Positions 10,778-24,560 of a DNA stretch of 64,000 nucleotides are shown here, piece by piece; the first letter of the stretch is position 1, and every line of letters starts with the position of its first letter. Source of the DNA: Eimeria praecox (Eukaryota); contig OY986948.1 of NCBI GenBank assembly GCA_963920595.1, positions 558,001 through 622,000 of the forward strand. The letters are read 5' to 3'. Both the position numbers and the translations under genes were made by a program. A model generated the notes under the pieces. That model did no database searches, was not told the DNA's origin, and saw nothing but the letters and a program-made list of their open reading frames with translations.

Positions 10778-12458
10778 CTAGCGTGATGTAGCAGGGCTTG
10801 TCCGATATTGGTGCATCTACTCTTAGTCGCATGCAAATTGCTGACTATATGCGAAGCACGTGTTTAAAGATTGTCAACGCTACAGGCTACACGTTTAACA
10901 CGTAAAGGGGATTGGTTGTGCTTGCAGATACAGTAAAGAGGAGGAATCAATGTGATTTTACGTGTGTGGAGCGGGTGGAGGCTTGCATCATTACTGCCAG
11001 CAGGTTGCGGTGCCGCTGACTCTCTGACGAGTGAATTTGTCATAAAGCGCAATATAAAGAATAGCTAGTATATAATAGGGGGATTTTAGAACACTATTGT
11101 GGTTGAATGGGCAGCCTATGCTTACAGCCCTTTGAATTTTTGGCTGGCGGTACTGCGGCGCTTGCCCCTTGGAGGGTGAGGCGGGAGGTCCCACCTCTCT
11201 TTGAGGACAGGCAGATGCTTTACGAGAGACTTTTAAAGATGAGAGTTTCTAAGAAGCCGGCTTTTGGACTTTGAATAATCGGAGTTTGGTGTTTAATGGT
11301 TCCTAGTAGGATATGAGTTATATAAGTAGCGTACACGTAGTTACGCAGGGCAGAGTTCCAGAGAGAGTCAGCTGAGTAACTAGGCTGTTCACTACAGTTC
11401 CTTCCGCACTCCAGTCCCTTGCCACCCCATCGTGTGAGGTGTCTCGGGATCTCGCCTGAACTCACTGTCTGAAGTTATTCCTAAATTGGGTTAACTTTAC
11501 GTTACTCCATAGTTAGGTTGTAGTTAGAGGCTCGTAGCGTGGAGCGGAAGGCGTTAAAGGCTTGGACAGCCGATGAACACCACTTTGTGAGGCCGCGGGG
11601 GAAGGTAAGGAGAGTCCCTGGTGGCACTGCGACCCGGACGCCCAACCGCTGTAGCTCCCAAATATCGAAGAGGAAATGCAACTACAATTAACTAATTAAC
11701 CGCTTGCGTGGTGTAAGAACGTGTTCACCATTTGAGTTTGCTGATGCTCTTTGTACATTCCTATACATCTGGGCAATAGGCGGAAGTCTACGTTGTATCT
11801 GGGAATCCGCAAAATATAGTCCATCTACATGTCTTTGGGGCTCGTTCATGCTAGTGAAAATCTGAAACCATGGGCTAGTAATTGCATTTTAGGCCCATAC
11901 GGTAAGCACTGGCTGGTGCACACGCACAATGCTCTCCTCTTCAGTCGAGATGTGGAATACTTGCGGAGCTGCCTTGCCGATGCGTAGTGCGAGTGGCAAA
12001 AGCACAAGGGTGCCCGCATACAAAGGAACCAAATAAGTTCTGAGAATACCTTGTCTATGCACGAGGAATCCAAGCACATGAGGCGGAGATAGAGACCAGC
12101 CGGGAGCGGCCGCAGCCCCTTGACACTAGCATGGAATTTCGCGAGTCCGTCGGTCTTGTGCCGTTCTACAGGAAGTTTTACGGCTTGATTTGCTTTTGGT
12201 TCCTCACCTGCAGCGTATCTAGTCAAGAAGGACAAACAACTTACTTGGAAAACAACTGAGGCAGAAGCCGCCAGAAGCCTCAACAGACACCTTAAGTGAT
12301 CCCCAGTTGCCCCTCTCCCCAAATTCGAGAAGCTCTCCTGTTCAACAGCCGACTCCCCTGATACAATAGCTCTATTGAATTTCCAGCAATATATTAGCAA
12401 TTCGAAAAAAACAGATGACCGCTTTGTTCTTGCGCCGTCTCACAGAAAGGAAACAAAG

Positions 12459-12520
12459 ACTCCCCGTAGCAGAGAGATGTAACTCTATACTCCCCGTAGC
12501 AGAGAGATGTAACTCTATAC
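12459..12520 (+). repeat. Perfect 30-bp tandem duplication (ACTCCCCGTAGCAGAGAGATGTAACTCTAT)x2
   Basis: Read directly. Confidence 0.97.
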
Positions 12521-14502
12521 GGTGTTGTACAGTGAGGGCGACTCCCAACATCCCCTACGCAGCAGGCGCTTCGGACCTCAATATGATTAAATACACTCTG
12601 TTATCTGTCCCCTGGCCATTTAGCCCCAAACTCTCTTGCTGGGCCTCTACAAATCGTTCCATGCATGTTTCGACCAATCCCTCTTAAGGATGCGGTGCCA
12701 CCAGTGTAATGAAGAGCCATCGGCCCTATCTGAGGGCCTCTGAGTTACAATAAAGCCAAAAAATCTCATTAAAAGTTCTCTGAAGCTAGTGGGGACACGC
12801 CCCAGCCTGCCGCGCTGTGTCTTTGCAGCTAGTCCTGCAAGACAGCCCCATACGGACGTCAAGCCAATACTTCCTTTGCTGCATGGGCCACCCCAACAGA
12901 ATTTAAATTAAGCTGGCACTGAACACTTACTTAATCCTCCGCAATCAGCATGCAACCAAGTAGGGATAAGGCTATCTATCGCGCAGGGCATGCTCCACCA
13001 CCTAACACTCTACCCCAGCATCCTGAGAAGGCGATACGCGTACTCAACATGACATATTCGCACCACTGATAATGCAGAGTAACCAGAGAAAATTGTATCA
13101 AGCCAAAAGCCTGTCAATTCGTCATGAAGCCAAAGCAACCGGAGGCTCACAAGACCATTCAAGCTGGTGTGGTGGCACATAACTGGCGCAAATCTTACCT
13201 CCAGTACAGCCAGTGGGAAACTCTATGCTTGGCACTGGTTGTACACAATTACTAGAAATACCCGAGCCACGACGGGCAGGAAGCGGATATGAAAGCCGCA
13301 CACTAGGAAGGATGAAGTGCTCGGGAGGCGTTGAGGATCGGGAGTAAGTCCCAATGCCACACAGCTACAGTACGACAGGCATTGAATCTGACATGCCATA
13401 AAATTCAACAGAAAGATCAACTGCTGCTGCGCTTGTTCTGAGGCATTAGCTCTGGCCATTTCAACGAAGCGCTGCAACGCCTATTGGGGCTGGATGACAC
13501 TGCGGATGTGCGGCAGGTAAGCGCTGCAGGGGGAAAATCAGTTCTATTAATCTCGAGCTTCTTACCGTCAAAAGTAATGTATTTTGGCCTGAATATCTGT
13601 TTCTAGCGAAACTATGTTTTTAGTTAGAGCTTGCACCTAAAATACACTCGGTATAGGAATTCTGTACCAGTTACGTAGACATTGAGCTCGCAGCAGGTGG
13701 GGCCGGCGGGATGAGATGCGTGAGGGTGTACCTGTTTCGCCTGAATTTTTGTGCACTGTTCCTCTGCTAATTAATCTTGATCTTGTTCGAAAGTGCTCAG
13801 TGTGGCTTGACGAGGTGATGCTCGGGTGCGGGTGTATAGGACCTGACTGATGACTTTTTCCGCGTAGGCGTGGGGGCGCACTGCATGCACGAGAGCTCTA
13901 TGCATATTGATGATGTGCGTGAACAAATTGCTTGCTGATGTTGTTGCCTGGAAACGAGTGTGCTCGACCTCACGAGGAGGCCCTGCTCGTATCCAGCCAC
14001 GCGACGAATTGATGGGGGGTCGTTTCGTGGATGGGTGGGAGTCTTGAGGCATTTCTGCAAACTCCAGTGCCCCATGCATCTTCGAAGTAGATATAGGACG
14101 TTCTAACGTACGATAGTGGCTCACGCCGCCTAGCTTTCAAGGCATTTTTTTTGCCTTGGGCTTGTATGCCACTGGAAGCACCTGCTATGCCATTTTTAGA
14201 TGGAGGCCTTGCTTGTTGGTGTGACTGCTTGCTCCGCAGGTTTGAATAACACCTCTTCCAGGATACGAGTGCGGCGTACTGTGCAACTAACGACTGCTTT
14301 GGGATACCTTGGGCTGATTAGGACTGGGGATTGGCGTGACTCATAAATTTCACCTTCTTCGGCACCGTGCGATTGCAAGCTACACTGTTGCGACCCAGTC
14401 CAATTTGCAAACGATGCCTTATGGGGTTGCTCTTAACCAAGAAAGCCAGCAGTTTGAGAAAAAAACAGCTAACAACCTTTTGGTCCGGATGGAACAAGTG
14501 GC

Positions 14503-16449
14503 ATGGACGTCGTAGCGGAAATCAGTCTGGCGTCCAAAATGAAGACTAGCGCCACAGAACAGATGCAGCCGCAGCCCCCTCTGACCAGTGGCCCTATGAC
14601 GCAGGGCCATGTAAATGGGATGCAGGATGGATTCGTCCAGAAGGAGGGGGGCCCGCGGCCAGTTCGGCAAAACATGTTCCGCACGGCGGTGAGTTCGTGA
14701 TTGGCAGCTTCTCAGTGGCGTTGGTCGTATGGCAGGCATAGCCATTTCTTTATAGTGGCGTGCTTTTGGAGAAGAAAGTGGAGTGCCACCGATGGGACTG
14801 CCTTCTGGGAAGCAGCACGTATGGGATGGATGGCTTTTTGTGCACGAAATGCATTTTGGTGCGTCCGCTCTTAGGATGTAACGCAAACGAAGGGCAACGA
14901 ATTCGAGGACTACTTTCTAAAACGTGATTTGCTGAAGGGTATATTTGAAAAGGGATTTGAGAAGCCTTCACCTATACAGGAGGAGGCAATTCCAGTGGCT
15001 CTCTCTGGCCGCAACATTTTGGCTCGTGCCAAGAACGGAACAGGGAAGACTGCGGCGTTCGCAATTCCTGTCCTGGAAAAATGCCAAATTAACAAGCGTG
15101 CAATTCAAGGTACGCGCTGCTGTTGGATTGCTTCGGCAAAACTGTGGTTTGTTGTAAGGTTGGCTGTTAACGGGCCTTCACAGGATGCGCCTTTGGCTGC
15201 CATCGCGCTTTGATTGGTGGTGTCTTGTGGCAGGTTTGATCCTCGTTCCTACACGTGAACTCGCCCTGCAAACGAGCGCTGTTGTCAAAGAACTGGGTAA
15301 ATATCTTAACGTGCAGTGCATGGTTTCCACCGGGGGTACGAGCCTTAGAGATGACATCATGCGTTTGCACAACATAGTTCACGTTCTTGTGGGGACGCCT
15401 GGGAGGATATTGGACCTTGCGAACAAGGATGTGGCAGATTTGCGACAGTGTCACATCGTGGTCATGGACGAGGCCGACAAGCTGCTTTCTCCGGAATTCC
15501 AGCCAATCGTCGAGAAGCTCATCGAGTTCATTCCTATGCAGCGGCAGATTCTGATGTTTTCTGCCACATTTCCAGTGACTGTAAAGGACTTCAAGTCAAA
15601 GTATCTTGCAGATGCTCATGAAATAAACCTCATGGATGAGTTAACACTTAAGGGTGTTACCCAGTATTACGCTTTCGTGGAAGAACGACAGAAAGTCCAT
15701 TGTCTGAATACATTGTTTGCGAAGGTGGGGCATTTACAACCGGTTGGGCCCCTGCATAGAAGGATCTTGCTCCCTTTTCTATTTGGCGTGCCCCCCGTGC
15801 AGGTGCTTGCCGCGTTGGTGCTTATTTGGCATGATGCGCTGGTTGCCGTGTACAGTGAGTGGTTGGGAAGTCATAGGTGCAGGGTGCCATGCTCATCGGG
15901 TATTTGTATGTCCTGCGTTTCACTCAGTTGCAAATCAACCAGGCGATCATCTTTTGTAACAGCGTGACGCGTGTTGAGCTCCTAGCGAAGAAAATTACCG
16001 AGTTGGGGTTCTCCTGCTTCTATATACATGCTCGGATGCTGCAGCCTCACCGCAATAGGGTGTTCCACGATTTTCGAAATGGTGCCTGCCGGTGTTTGGT
16101 GTCCTCGGATCTGTTTACAAGAGGTATTGACATTCAGTCCGTGAATGTCGTAATCAATTTTGATTTCCCGCAGAATTCAGAGACATATTTGCACAGAATC
16201 GGACGCTCGGGCCGCTTTGGCCACCTGGGTTTGGCGGTGAACCTGGTCACATACGACGACCGGTTCAACCTTTACAGGTATGTTCAGTAACGGGGGCGTC
16301 GACCGTCGTATGTTCCTGCTCTTCGGTGTGTTATGTTTGATTCGCATAAGGCGGATTTGTTGGGTTATAATGTCTTCAGGATTGAGCATGAACTTGGAAC
16401 CGAAATAAAGCCTATACCCAGTCACATCGACCCGGAGACATACACATGA
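14503..16449 (+). CDS. DDX6: DEAD-box RNA helicase DDX6/Dhh1/DOZI (exons 14503 or 14539-14688, 14875-15109, 15234-15724, 15928-16277, 16380-16449)
   Basis: [65 protein letters not shown] and [10 protein letters not shown] are DDX6-specific sequence; all introns are GT-AG and in phase. Confidence 0.96.
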
Positions 16450-17249
16450 TGACTGCACCAGAAATACCCTCGCTGGGGGCACCGGCATGCGCCGCTTGCC
16501 GTTGCGGCGAAGTGGCTGTGTAGGGGAGGCGTAAGGTTTAGGAGCATCGTTCTATCCTATACTCTCGATATAATAACAGCAGCGGTTTGAAAATTATCAC
16601 CATTTTCTCAGCCCCATGGTTGTTGGCTGGGGAACTGCAAAACGTACAGTTGGTTGGAACTTTTCCTCTGGGAGAGGCCACGGCAAGCTCCGTGGTCCTT
16701 TACGGGGATAGCCCCAGAACGATGGTAACGGCATACGTAATCCCGCAGCCTGAATTCATAGCCTGCGTAGTTACAGTCTGTTAGCAATTGTTATTCACAA
16801 CCGTCGTACCTTTAGCATCTCTGCTCAGCCTAGCTGCAGTATCGAGGTTCTGTTGTCTGGGTGCATCCATCAGCCACTCCGATGCACCAGGTTTGCCAGG
16901 CTTGTCTTAATATGGCAAGCTACTGCAATAAAGCTGAGTTGAGAAGTACTGCCTTGTGATGCCTGCAAAACGTCTGTCAGTCTCGTTGCACACCCGAAGC
17001 CATTCCGTCCTGGCCTATAAGCCACGTTGTTGGCGCACAGATAGGTGCCTCGTCTCGTAGGGGTCACTGATAGGCCAGGCTTTCGCCAATTACGCTTCAG
17101 GTGCTACGGTGCGTGTGGAGCGGGGCGACAGCATACGGCAAAGCATGCTCGTGCTCTCCATGGTTGGTATCTAACTAGTACAAATAGACGAAGCTGCTGG
17201 GGATTAGCCACTGTACTTATGCAGACCGCCAGAAGCTTATCCGGAAGAA

Positions 17250-20200
17250 TTAGCTTACGCCCTTCTTCACCACGTACTTCCGAGATAGCTTTGTTGCCGC
17301 CAAATACTGAAAAAGCACGAAGACAAGCATGAATGATTTGCAGCTGTTTCAATTCATGCGTGCACTGCAATAGGAATTGCTGTGGAAACAGCTGCAAAGC
17401 CAGCATGTACTCATATGCATCCAACTCACCTGATGAGGCCCCAACCTCTTCCACTTGAGCGCTTCTGCCTTTGTGAGCTTTGCTCCTGGCTTGGGCATTG
17501 CAGTTGTGCGAAGCACCAGGCGCACTGGAATGCCCTTCATACCGAATTCCTCCCTGATTGCATTGATCAGCTGCCTTTTATAGTGCGTTGGGAAGTGGGC
17601 GTACACATTTGACCATGCCACAAACGTTGGAGGTTTCGTCTGAACCTGTGTAATATACTTCACCTGGCACTGCGACCCCAGCCTCCAAGGAGGGGGCCAG
17701 TGGGTGGTATAGTGCTGAAGCCATGAATTTAAAGTGCCAGTCGGAACACGGCTGCACCACTGCTTATACACGAGGCATGATTTGTTAAGCAAGGTGTTTA
17801 GATTCTGAGCCTGCATGGCTGATGTGAACACCACCGGACACGCCTTCAGATGCCCCAGTCCAGTCTGCAGGCGCTCAAGTACCAACCCCCGCACGTGGTT
17901 TTGCTTATTTTGATCCAGTAAGTCCCACTTCGTAACACATACCACCAAGCTGCGCCCCTCTTTCTCTGTCGCCAAGTTGGCCAGCGACAAATCATGAGAA
18001 CTCAAATGGCCGGTCTCTTCTATGCGGGCAGCATCAAGGCAAAGGATGCAGACATCAGAGCCGCGGATGTTGCGCATAGTTTGCAACGACGCCTGCTGCA
18101 GCATGTCATCTCCCCGCATTCTCCAGCCTCTCGTCACCCCCGCTGTATCGATTAAGGCCATCTGCTGCTTCTTGAAGCGAAAATTGATGCAAATAGAGTC
18201 CGTAGTGGTGCCAGGAGTTGCGCTTGCCTTTAACCGGTTTTCCTTCAAGATGGAATTGATGAGACTCGACTTGCCAGCGTTTGGCCGCCCAATGAAAGTA
18301 ATCCGAATGGGACCTTCACATTCATTGTCTTGCGAAGCTAAAGTGGTTTGAATATTCCGAGAAGCAACAAGCTCACCGGCATTCTCCTGATCCCCATTAT
18401 TTTGAATCGGCGCCTCTCCACTGCCTCCGTGCTCGCCAGATGCCATAACGTGTCCCGGCTGCAAATCCTGCAGAAAAAAGGAAGCGCATCCCTGCAAAGT
18501 AGAACTGAATAGCAAATGCTAATTATGTCTAAAATAGTGTCTACACAGCCCAGTGGCTTAGATACTCAAATAAGACAACGCCCGGTAATTCCTTGCTTTT
18601 ACGCATGACCCGGCAAACAACGTAACTCCGCTAAGCGGTACTTTTGGGCTAAGCAGCACATGATAAGCAAGCAAACGCCCAGTAGCCACTCAAGTTAGTT
18701 AGCGCCCTACTTCCCACCACTGGCTCTGCCAATGGGCTACAACGCAAAGAGTTCAATAGGCTTGCTGGCTCTACAGCTGTATGCCGGGCGCACCAAGTTC
18801 AGACGCGTCTCCTCTAAGAGTCTGCGAGTCTGTATTTACCTGCCTTGCCGTATCGCCAGTGTCATGCTTGTCTTCGGGCCGTTCGGGCAGTGCAGAGGGA
18901 GCACCTTTTTCTGGTGCCTTCTTCAGTGACCAAGGCAAGTGCAAGTAACCGCCCAACGATTGGTTGTACGCTATTGCTGGCTGCACACCACGGCCGTACC
19001 GTCGAGACAAGCCCTGAAGCCACGCTTCCATTGCGCCCTCTCTTCTGTTTCTGGCATCTCTCACATCCTGGGGAAAGAAAAGAAGAAAACAGACCTAGAC
19101 AAAGCACTGGAAAACGGGTGCAGTAGTTGCCTTCCCATCTAGCTGCCGGCCTTTCCGGTGATAAAAGACTATGCCGGGAAAGTAAGAAACGTGCGTGTGT
19201 ACCTTCTGCTCCACAGACGCTGAAGGAATGCGTTGGAGCCGTTGTTGTTCCTCAAGCGCACCCTTAACGCGTTCATATAGCTCGTCGAAACCCTGTGGCA
19301 CGTTGCAGACAAGTCCACTAATGCCGTTTTTTCACTCCCCAAATCACCTCATCTGCGCAGCTTTTCCTGCTCTCCCATTATGCCACATGTAGTATCTCAT
19401 TAAAAGCTGAATCTGTTTTGCGGACGCACGCTCTCCATCACCGTACTTGCTTCGTTCTCGCAGAGACCGCTACAGGATGCCCCAGCTGCAGCTCGTAGGC
19501 TTCTCCTATGCATTCCATACTTTGTATGCTTTCTGTCTTGTTTAGAACGAGGATTACTGACGGAGCTTTGCTTGGACTGGCTGCCACCTGAAGATGCTCG
19601 GTGAGATGCTCGCCTTCCTCTTCAGTTGTCGGCTGCTCTTCCATGAGAATCCGCAGCTGTCTTGCAAACATTTCGTCAATAGGCGTGATGCCCTCCTTCG
19701 CATCAACGACGAACAAAATTACATCGGATGTCGCCAGTGTTCGAGCGGCCTGCACGGTTAAGATAAAATACAGAATGTTATGTAGCCCATCACACAACGC
19801 ACTGCCCTACATCTCCATGTGTCCCTCGCAGGGGCCTTACCTGTTCACATATCTTTTGCATTGGCTTGGATGGCGCTCCTTCGATATTCATCTCAATTCC
19901 TGGTGTGTCTATAAGCAGTACACTCAGCGGTCCCCAAGCGCAATGTGACTCCTTCCGGTCACGAGTGGTCCAGGGGTCGGCCCCCACAATGGCAAGATGC
20001 TGAGGTACTGGAATAGGGCTTATCATGTCACTCGTCACCAAAAAGCGATTGTACAGGCTGCTCTTGCCCACATTCGCACGGCCAACAAGCGCTACCCGCC
20101 ACACGGGAGCCGGTGGGGAGCTCGACACCGGGCAAGAAAGCCCCGCCAACGTGTGTTGCTGCCTGCAAAAGCATCCGCTGGAAAATGAAAGACGAGCAAC

Positions 20201-20479
20201 AGTGGATGAATGAGAGGACGCCTTTGTAGGATGAGTGAAGATCCAAGCATGCACGAGCTCACTCCATGTGTGCTTTTCAGTAAGTCGTTGCCAGAAAAGA
20301 CCTCCTCTACAGTGCTGCAAGCCGCCAGCGGATCCTTCATGCAATCTCATGGTAAGTATGCCCTCAGCATTTCTTCCGCACCGTGCCCCTCTGCATCCCA
20401 GAGCAGTGCCCTGTACAAGTGACTCGACACACTTCTTGCGTGTCGGCTGCCAAGGCAGCGCATTCGCTGGTGGACGCAT
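17250..20479 (-). CDS. der: EngA/Der double-GTPase, organellar ribosome biogenesis (~6 exons; both ends approximate)
   Basis: GD1: GRANVGKSS, TTRD, DTPG, NKTE. GD2: GRPNAGKSS, GTTTD, DTAG, TKWD. KH-like C-domain (VKYITQVQTKPPTF..YKRQLINAIREEFGMKGIPVRL). Long N-terminal extension. Confidence 0.9.
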
Positions 20480-23400
20480 TTGACGCGTCAATGACAGCAA
20501 AAAGCTTTTTTTCCATAGTAATACAGCTTCAAGCTCCTAGTGCAGGTGGAGGCACAAAGGCGGCAGATCATTCCTGATCTACCCAGTCGTCGCAGTGTTC
20601 GGCAAAGGAGTTCCCGAACCCAACGCTATAATTGCAGAAAAGGCAAAATTGGACTGAAAGCCAATTATTAATCAGTGAAATTTTTTCAAGAAAAAAAGTG
20701 GTACAGCTGACTTCTTGTGCATCCTTCTTCGGAATCGGTGGTGGCTTACAAAGGCGTCGGCTTCAGTATGCTTCAGCGTTCCTGCAGCAGGGACTAGGCA
20801 AATTCCCATATAGGGAAAGCAAATTTCATCCTCCCTACGCACTGATCATTCGGTAAACGTCTCCTTCACTTATAAGAAATGGGATGCAGTGGAGGGACCT
20901 TTCCGTTTCAGCAATTGTGCTCGGCCGGTCCCATAGCTCCTCCACCTACTAGTTTTTTTTAAAAGGTATCACTGTACCAAGTTTTGCCTAACATTGGAAC
21001 ACCCATTTCTGTTTGGATGCAGGCTGTAACATGGCCAGCGCGGTGATGGTACTCGTATCTCTACGTGCTTGTACGCTGACTATGCAGGGTAAATGGAAGT
21101 GTTTAACGACTGTCTACGCTGCAGTCTACAATACTGAGCCGTGCAGGTAAAGGATTGGTTGCACGTGCATGTGGGGCTGCCGTGCACCAGTAGTTCCAGC
21201 AAGGTGCGTTGCAGCCCATGTCAGGCCTTCCCGTGTCCCCACAAGTCCCGTTTCATGAGCCGCTGCGCTAAGGAGGCCAGGAGGCTACAGGGAAGGTTAG
21301 TCGAAGACAGTTGTGAGCTACAGTTGGAGTCAAAAACTTAAAGAAAGCGCTCGCAAAAAGCACTCCATGACCCTCGCCACATGCGCTGTGTAGCATGAGC
21401 TGTCTGAAGTTTGTAAGAAGCGCTAACATTGTAGACAGTAGTGTAAGCAGTAGCTTAACACTCACTTGGTCTTCCAAAGTCTTCCGCAAGTACGTAGAAA
21501 TGCGAATACTGTAGCGTGCTCTTTGGAGTGTTGGTATTAGCATTTCTGCTTGCTCCCAAGCTGATTACGGGGGATCAAGCGTCAAAAGACAGTATACACT
21601 ACAGTCTACACTGCTATCGTTTGCAGCAAAGGGCGTTTCGCATGGGCCTTTTGGTTATCTGCCGTTATGAGGAAATGCTTGCTTTAATCATGGGGCGAGA
21701 GTACTAGAAACGGTGTCAGGCATCCGAGGAAGCTTCTGGAGGGTTCGTCTTCCCGTCCCGTCCAACTAGGCTGTCCGTCTTTCTTAAGTTGGCTCTCTAG
21801 AGGGAGAGCGAGGCAAGTGAAACCAGGCATGAACTTAGAAGAATACAGTGCGACACTAAGGGGCGTTGGGACGTCCGCCCGAGTGTACAAGGGTTGCGGA
21901 AACGTCCGAATTGCCCGTATCTTTACCGTACCTAGTTCGGCTCCTGCTGCAGCGACACGAAACCCTGAGGACCTGGTAATCTGCATGAGAACCAGACCAT
22001 TCTGTGCTCTCACAAACCAGTGATTCGCGCCCACCAGTTGCACAGCACTACTCAAATGGTGCAAATGCTCCTGCACATTCTGGCTGAATGCACTGCCTCA
22101 TCTACGCATGCTGGCATTTATACACTTGTGAGAAGAGGGTCTGCCCTTTCAGACTTGCCAGATTGGTGAGATAATTCCCTGTTCCTTTGGAGATGCACTT
22201 TGATCTTCAAAACGCGCTCGAAGAGGCAAGAGTCGCTATTAGCTTCAATATTGGGAAGAGGAGACATGGCAGTGAAAGGAATATCTAAGCAAGAGCAGTG
22301 CCTTTCTAGCGTATGCGGACAATTGAAGCTTTGCGGCATGCGCTACTACGTGGCTTTGTCCCCAAGATCAGCAAAGGAACAGGCTATGATAATTGGGGGA
22401 CACCTCAGCAAGGGAGCTATTGATAGCGCTCTGCATCGAGGTGTCAGTCCTCCTAGGTAACAGAGGTGCCACATGGTGGGCGAGCAGCCGAAGGTGCTCG
22501 CCCTACGTTGGGCGGAAATCAGTTCTGTGCTGTTATTTTTGGGGATATCTCATTGGTTTAGAAAATCAGTTTTGTGCTCTGTTCTTTTTCGGGATAACTC
22601 ACGTAGAGTTCCCCTAACCCTATGTATGCCATCGCGGCATCAAGGGCTTCTTTGTAGCTTCGGGCTTTCCCGGCAAAAACAGCAGCGAACTAATCGCTAG
22701 GCGATGTGGCTGAGACCTTGGATACACCTGCAGCTACTCGGAGATATCATAGAAAACGACATTACTATGTTAAATGACCATAAGATTGGCAACGAGAGCT
22801 TGTATTCGGGTACGCTTGTTAGGAGATAGCCACCACCGGTTTGCTCTTGCTGCCAATCACAAGGATGGCAATAGTAGCTGTAGTACGTGATGTGGTTTTT
22901 GAAGACAAATGTACGCCTTGGGAGAAGCAAAGAATTATTCCGCCATTCTTGCAATGGGGTACCAGTCATGTTTTAATGCATTCTTCACATACTTAACTTC
23001 GCGGCAAAGAGGCTTTCAGTTGGGTGGGTTTCGGGTGCAGCGCCCATATTGACAGGATGCGGCGCCCAGCATCTTGTCGCTGCACTGTCAAGGGACATGT
23101 CGTGACCAATTTTCTTTCTAAAGGGGGATAAAGTGGCTGCTGATTTAATAAATATGTTAGAAAATGCATCAAAATATTTCCCCCCCCGCCCCACGGGCAT
23201 TCAGAAGTAATCCGCAATATGCATCAGTCCCCCTGATGCAGGTGTGGTATTCGCTACAGTCGCTTGCTTCGAGGAGCCATATGGTGCTACAAAGTGCAAC
23301 GAGTGCCCTGTATCTTAGCCTACGGCCGTCTAGAGCTGCAGGTGAGTAGAAACCTTTTTTTCGTTCGCAAAAAAGGAAGTGGCCGCTCCCCCAGGTTTCA

Positions 23401-24560
23401 TGCATCGTGTGCTCACAAGTGCTTGGGGCTGGCGCGGAGATATGGTGGCATTTCATGAGGGGACACGCATGTTAATACAAGCCGTGCGTCAAACGCAATC
23501 CCAAACGCATGCTCAAAGAAGCCCCCTTGACTGCATTCACTAATACTGTAGATATTCGTTATACGCCTTTTTTGCCACCAGTGTCCAGGTTGAGCACAAG
23601 GAGAAATGCCCCTGCAAACTCCTAATAGAGCATAATACATCCAACAGACTTGTGCATAACAGCAGTGCTCTAAGTAACGACAGTGCCGGATCCTATCTGA
23701 GGGCCGTCGCGAGCTGCAATAGGGACAAAGACAAACTAACGAGTTCCTCAAAGGCAACTGGCCTCCCCTGCATTATCCAGGCATCGTTGGCTAAGACTAC
23801 CAAGGGCTTGGTGCTGTTGGCCTTACGGGTGCCTGCCATGGGCTGCGAAGCACCTCCCTACCGCTAGTGCTAGGGGGCAAGCCCGCTTGCAAACACAATC
23901 AGCACCTCTTTTGCTGCATGCAGTTTCATTGTAGGATGCAGTGTAGACAGTCGTCAATCACTTACTTTATTATCCATAGTGAACCTGGGAGCATGTAGAG
24001 ATACGGGTACCAACGCGCCGGGAGCATGCCATAGGAGCGCAGATCATGCTACATTCTGTGATATAAAACTAGCCCATTAGGGTTGTTTGCCTTCAATAAC
24101 ACTCTGATAAATAAGATGTGGCTGGGGACCTTACTATGGTGAAGGCGTATAACAACGGCCTGAATACCTACACATCTACCGCATCGACCCAGAACCGACA
24201 CTGGAGCCTGCGACAACTGTGTTACTTTGGCTAAGTCCCTCATCTTCTCAAAATTTTGTTACAGTAATATTGCGAGGATGTTTTCTGCTCAAGTGGGGTG
24301 GCCAGTTTCAAACAACGGCGTTACTAAGCTCGGCAGCCAGGACCATCCAGCCCCAAACGCTGTCAGCGGAGTGTCGATGGCAGGAGCCATCTCCCAAAAC
24401 CTTCAACAGTCAAGCAATTTTTCGCTTTTAAAGCACTTTCCTTTGGTTTACTTAGTGCAGTTCTACTAAGTTTCGGGTTTCCCTGCGGTGCCCGGCATCC
24501 GAAGTTTGCCGCTTGCTTCTACTCAGTAGAGCACATCCAGGCAAGCAAAGGTATTTCAAA

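Noticed and set aside
13223..13477. Minus-strand ORF (LQRFVEMARANA..QQLIFLLNFM) faintly gag-like
   Set aside because: No protease, RT or integrase remnants recognisable downstream; the similarity is too weak to call.
20600..24500. Many 60-130-aa ORFs between Der and NIP7
   Set aside because: No motifs or consistent splice chain; treated as intergenic/UTR sequence.
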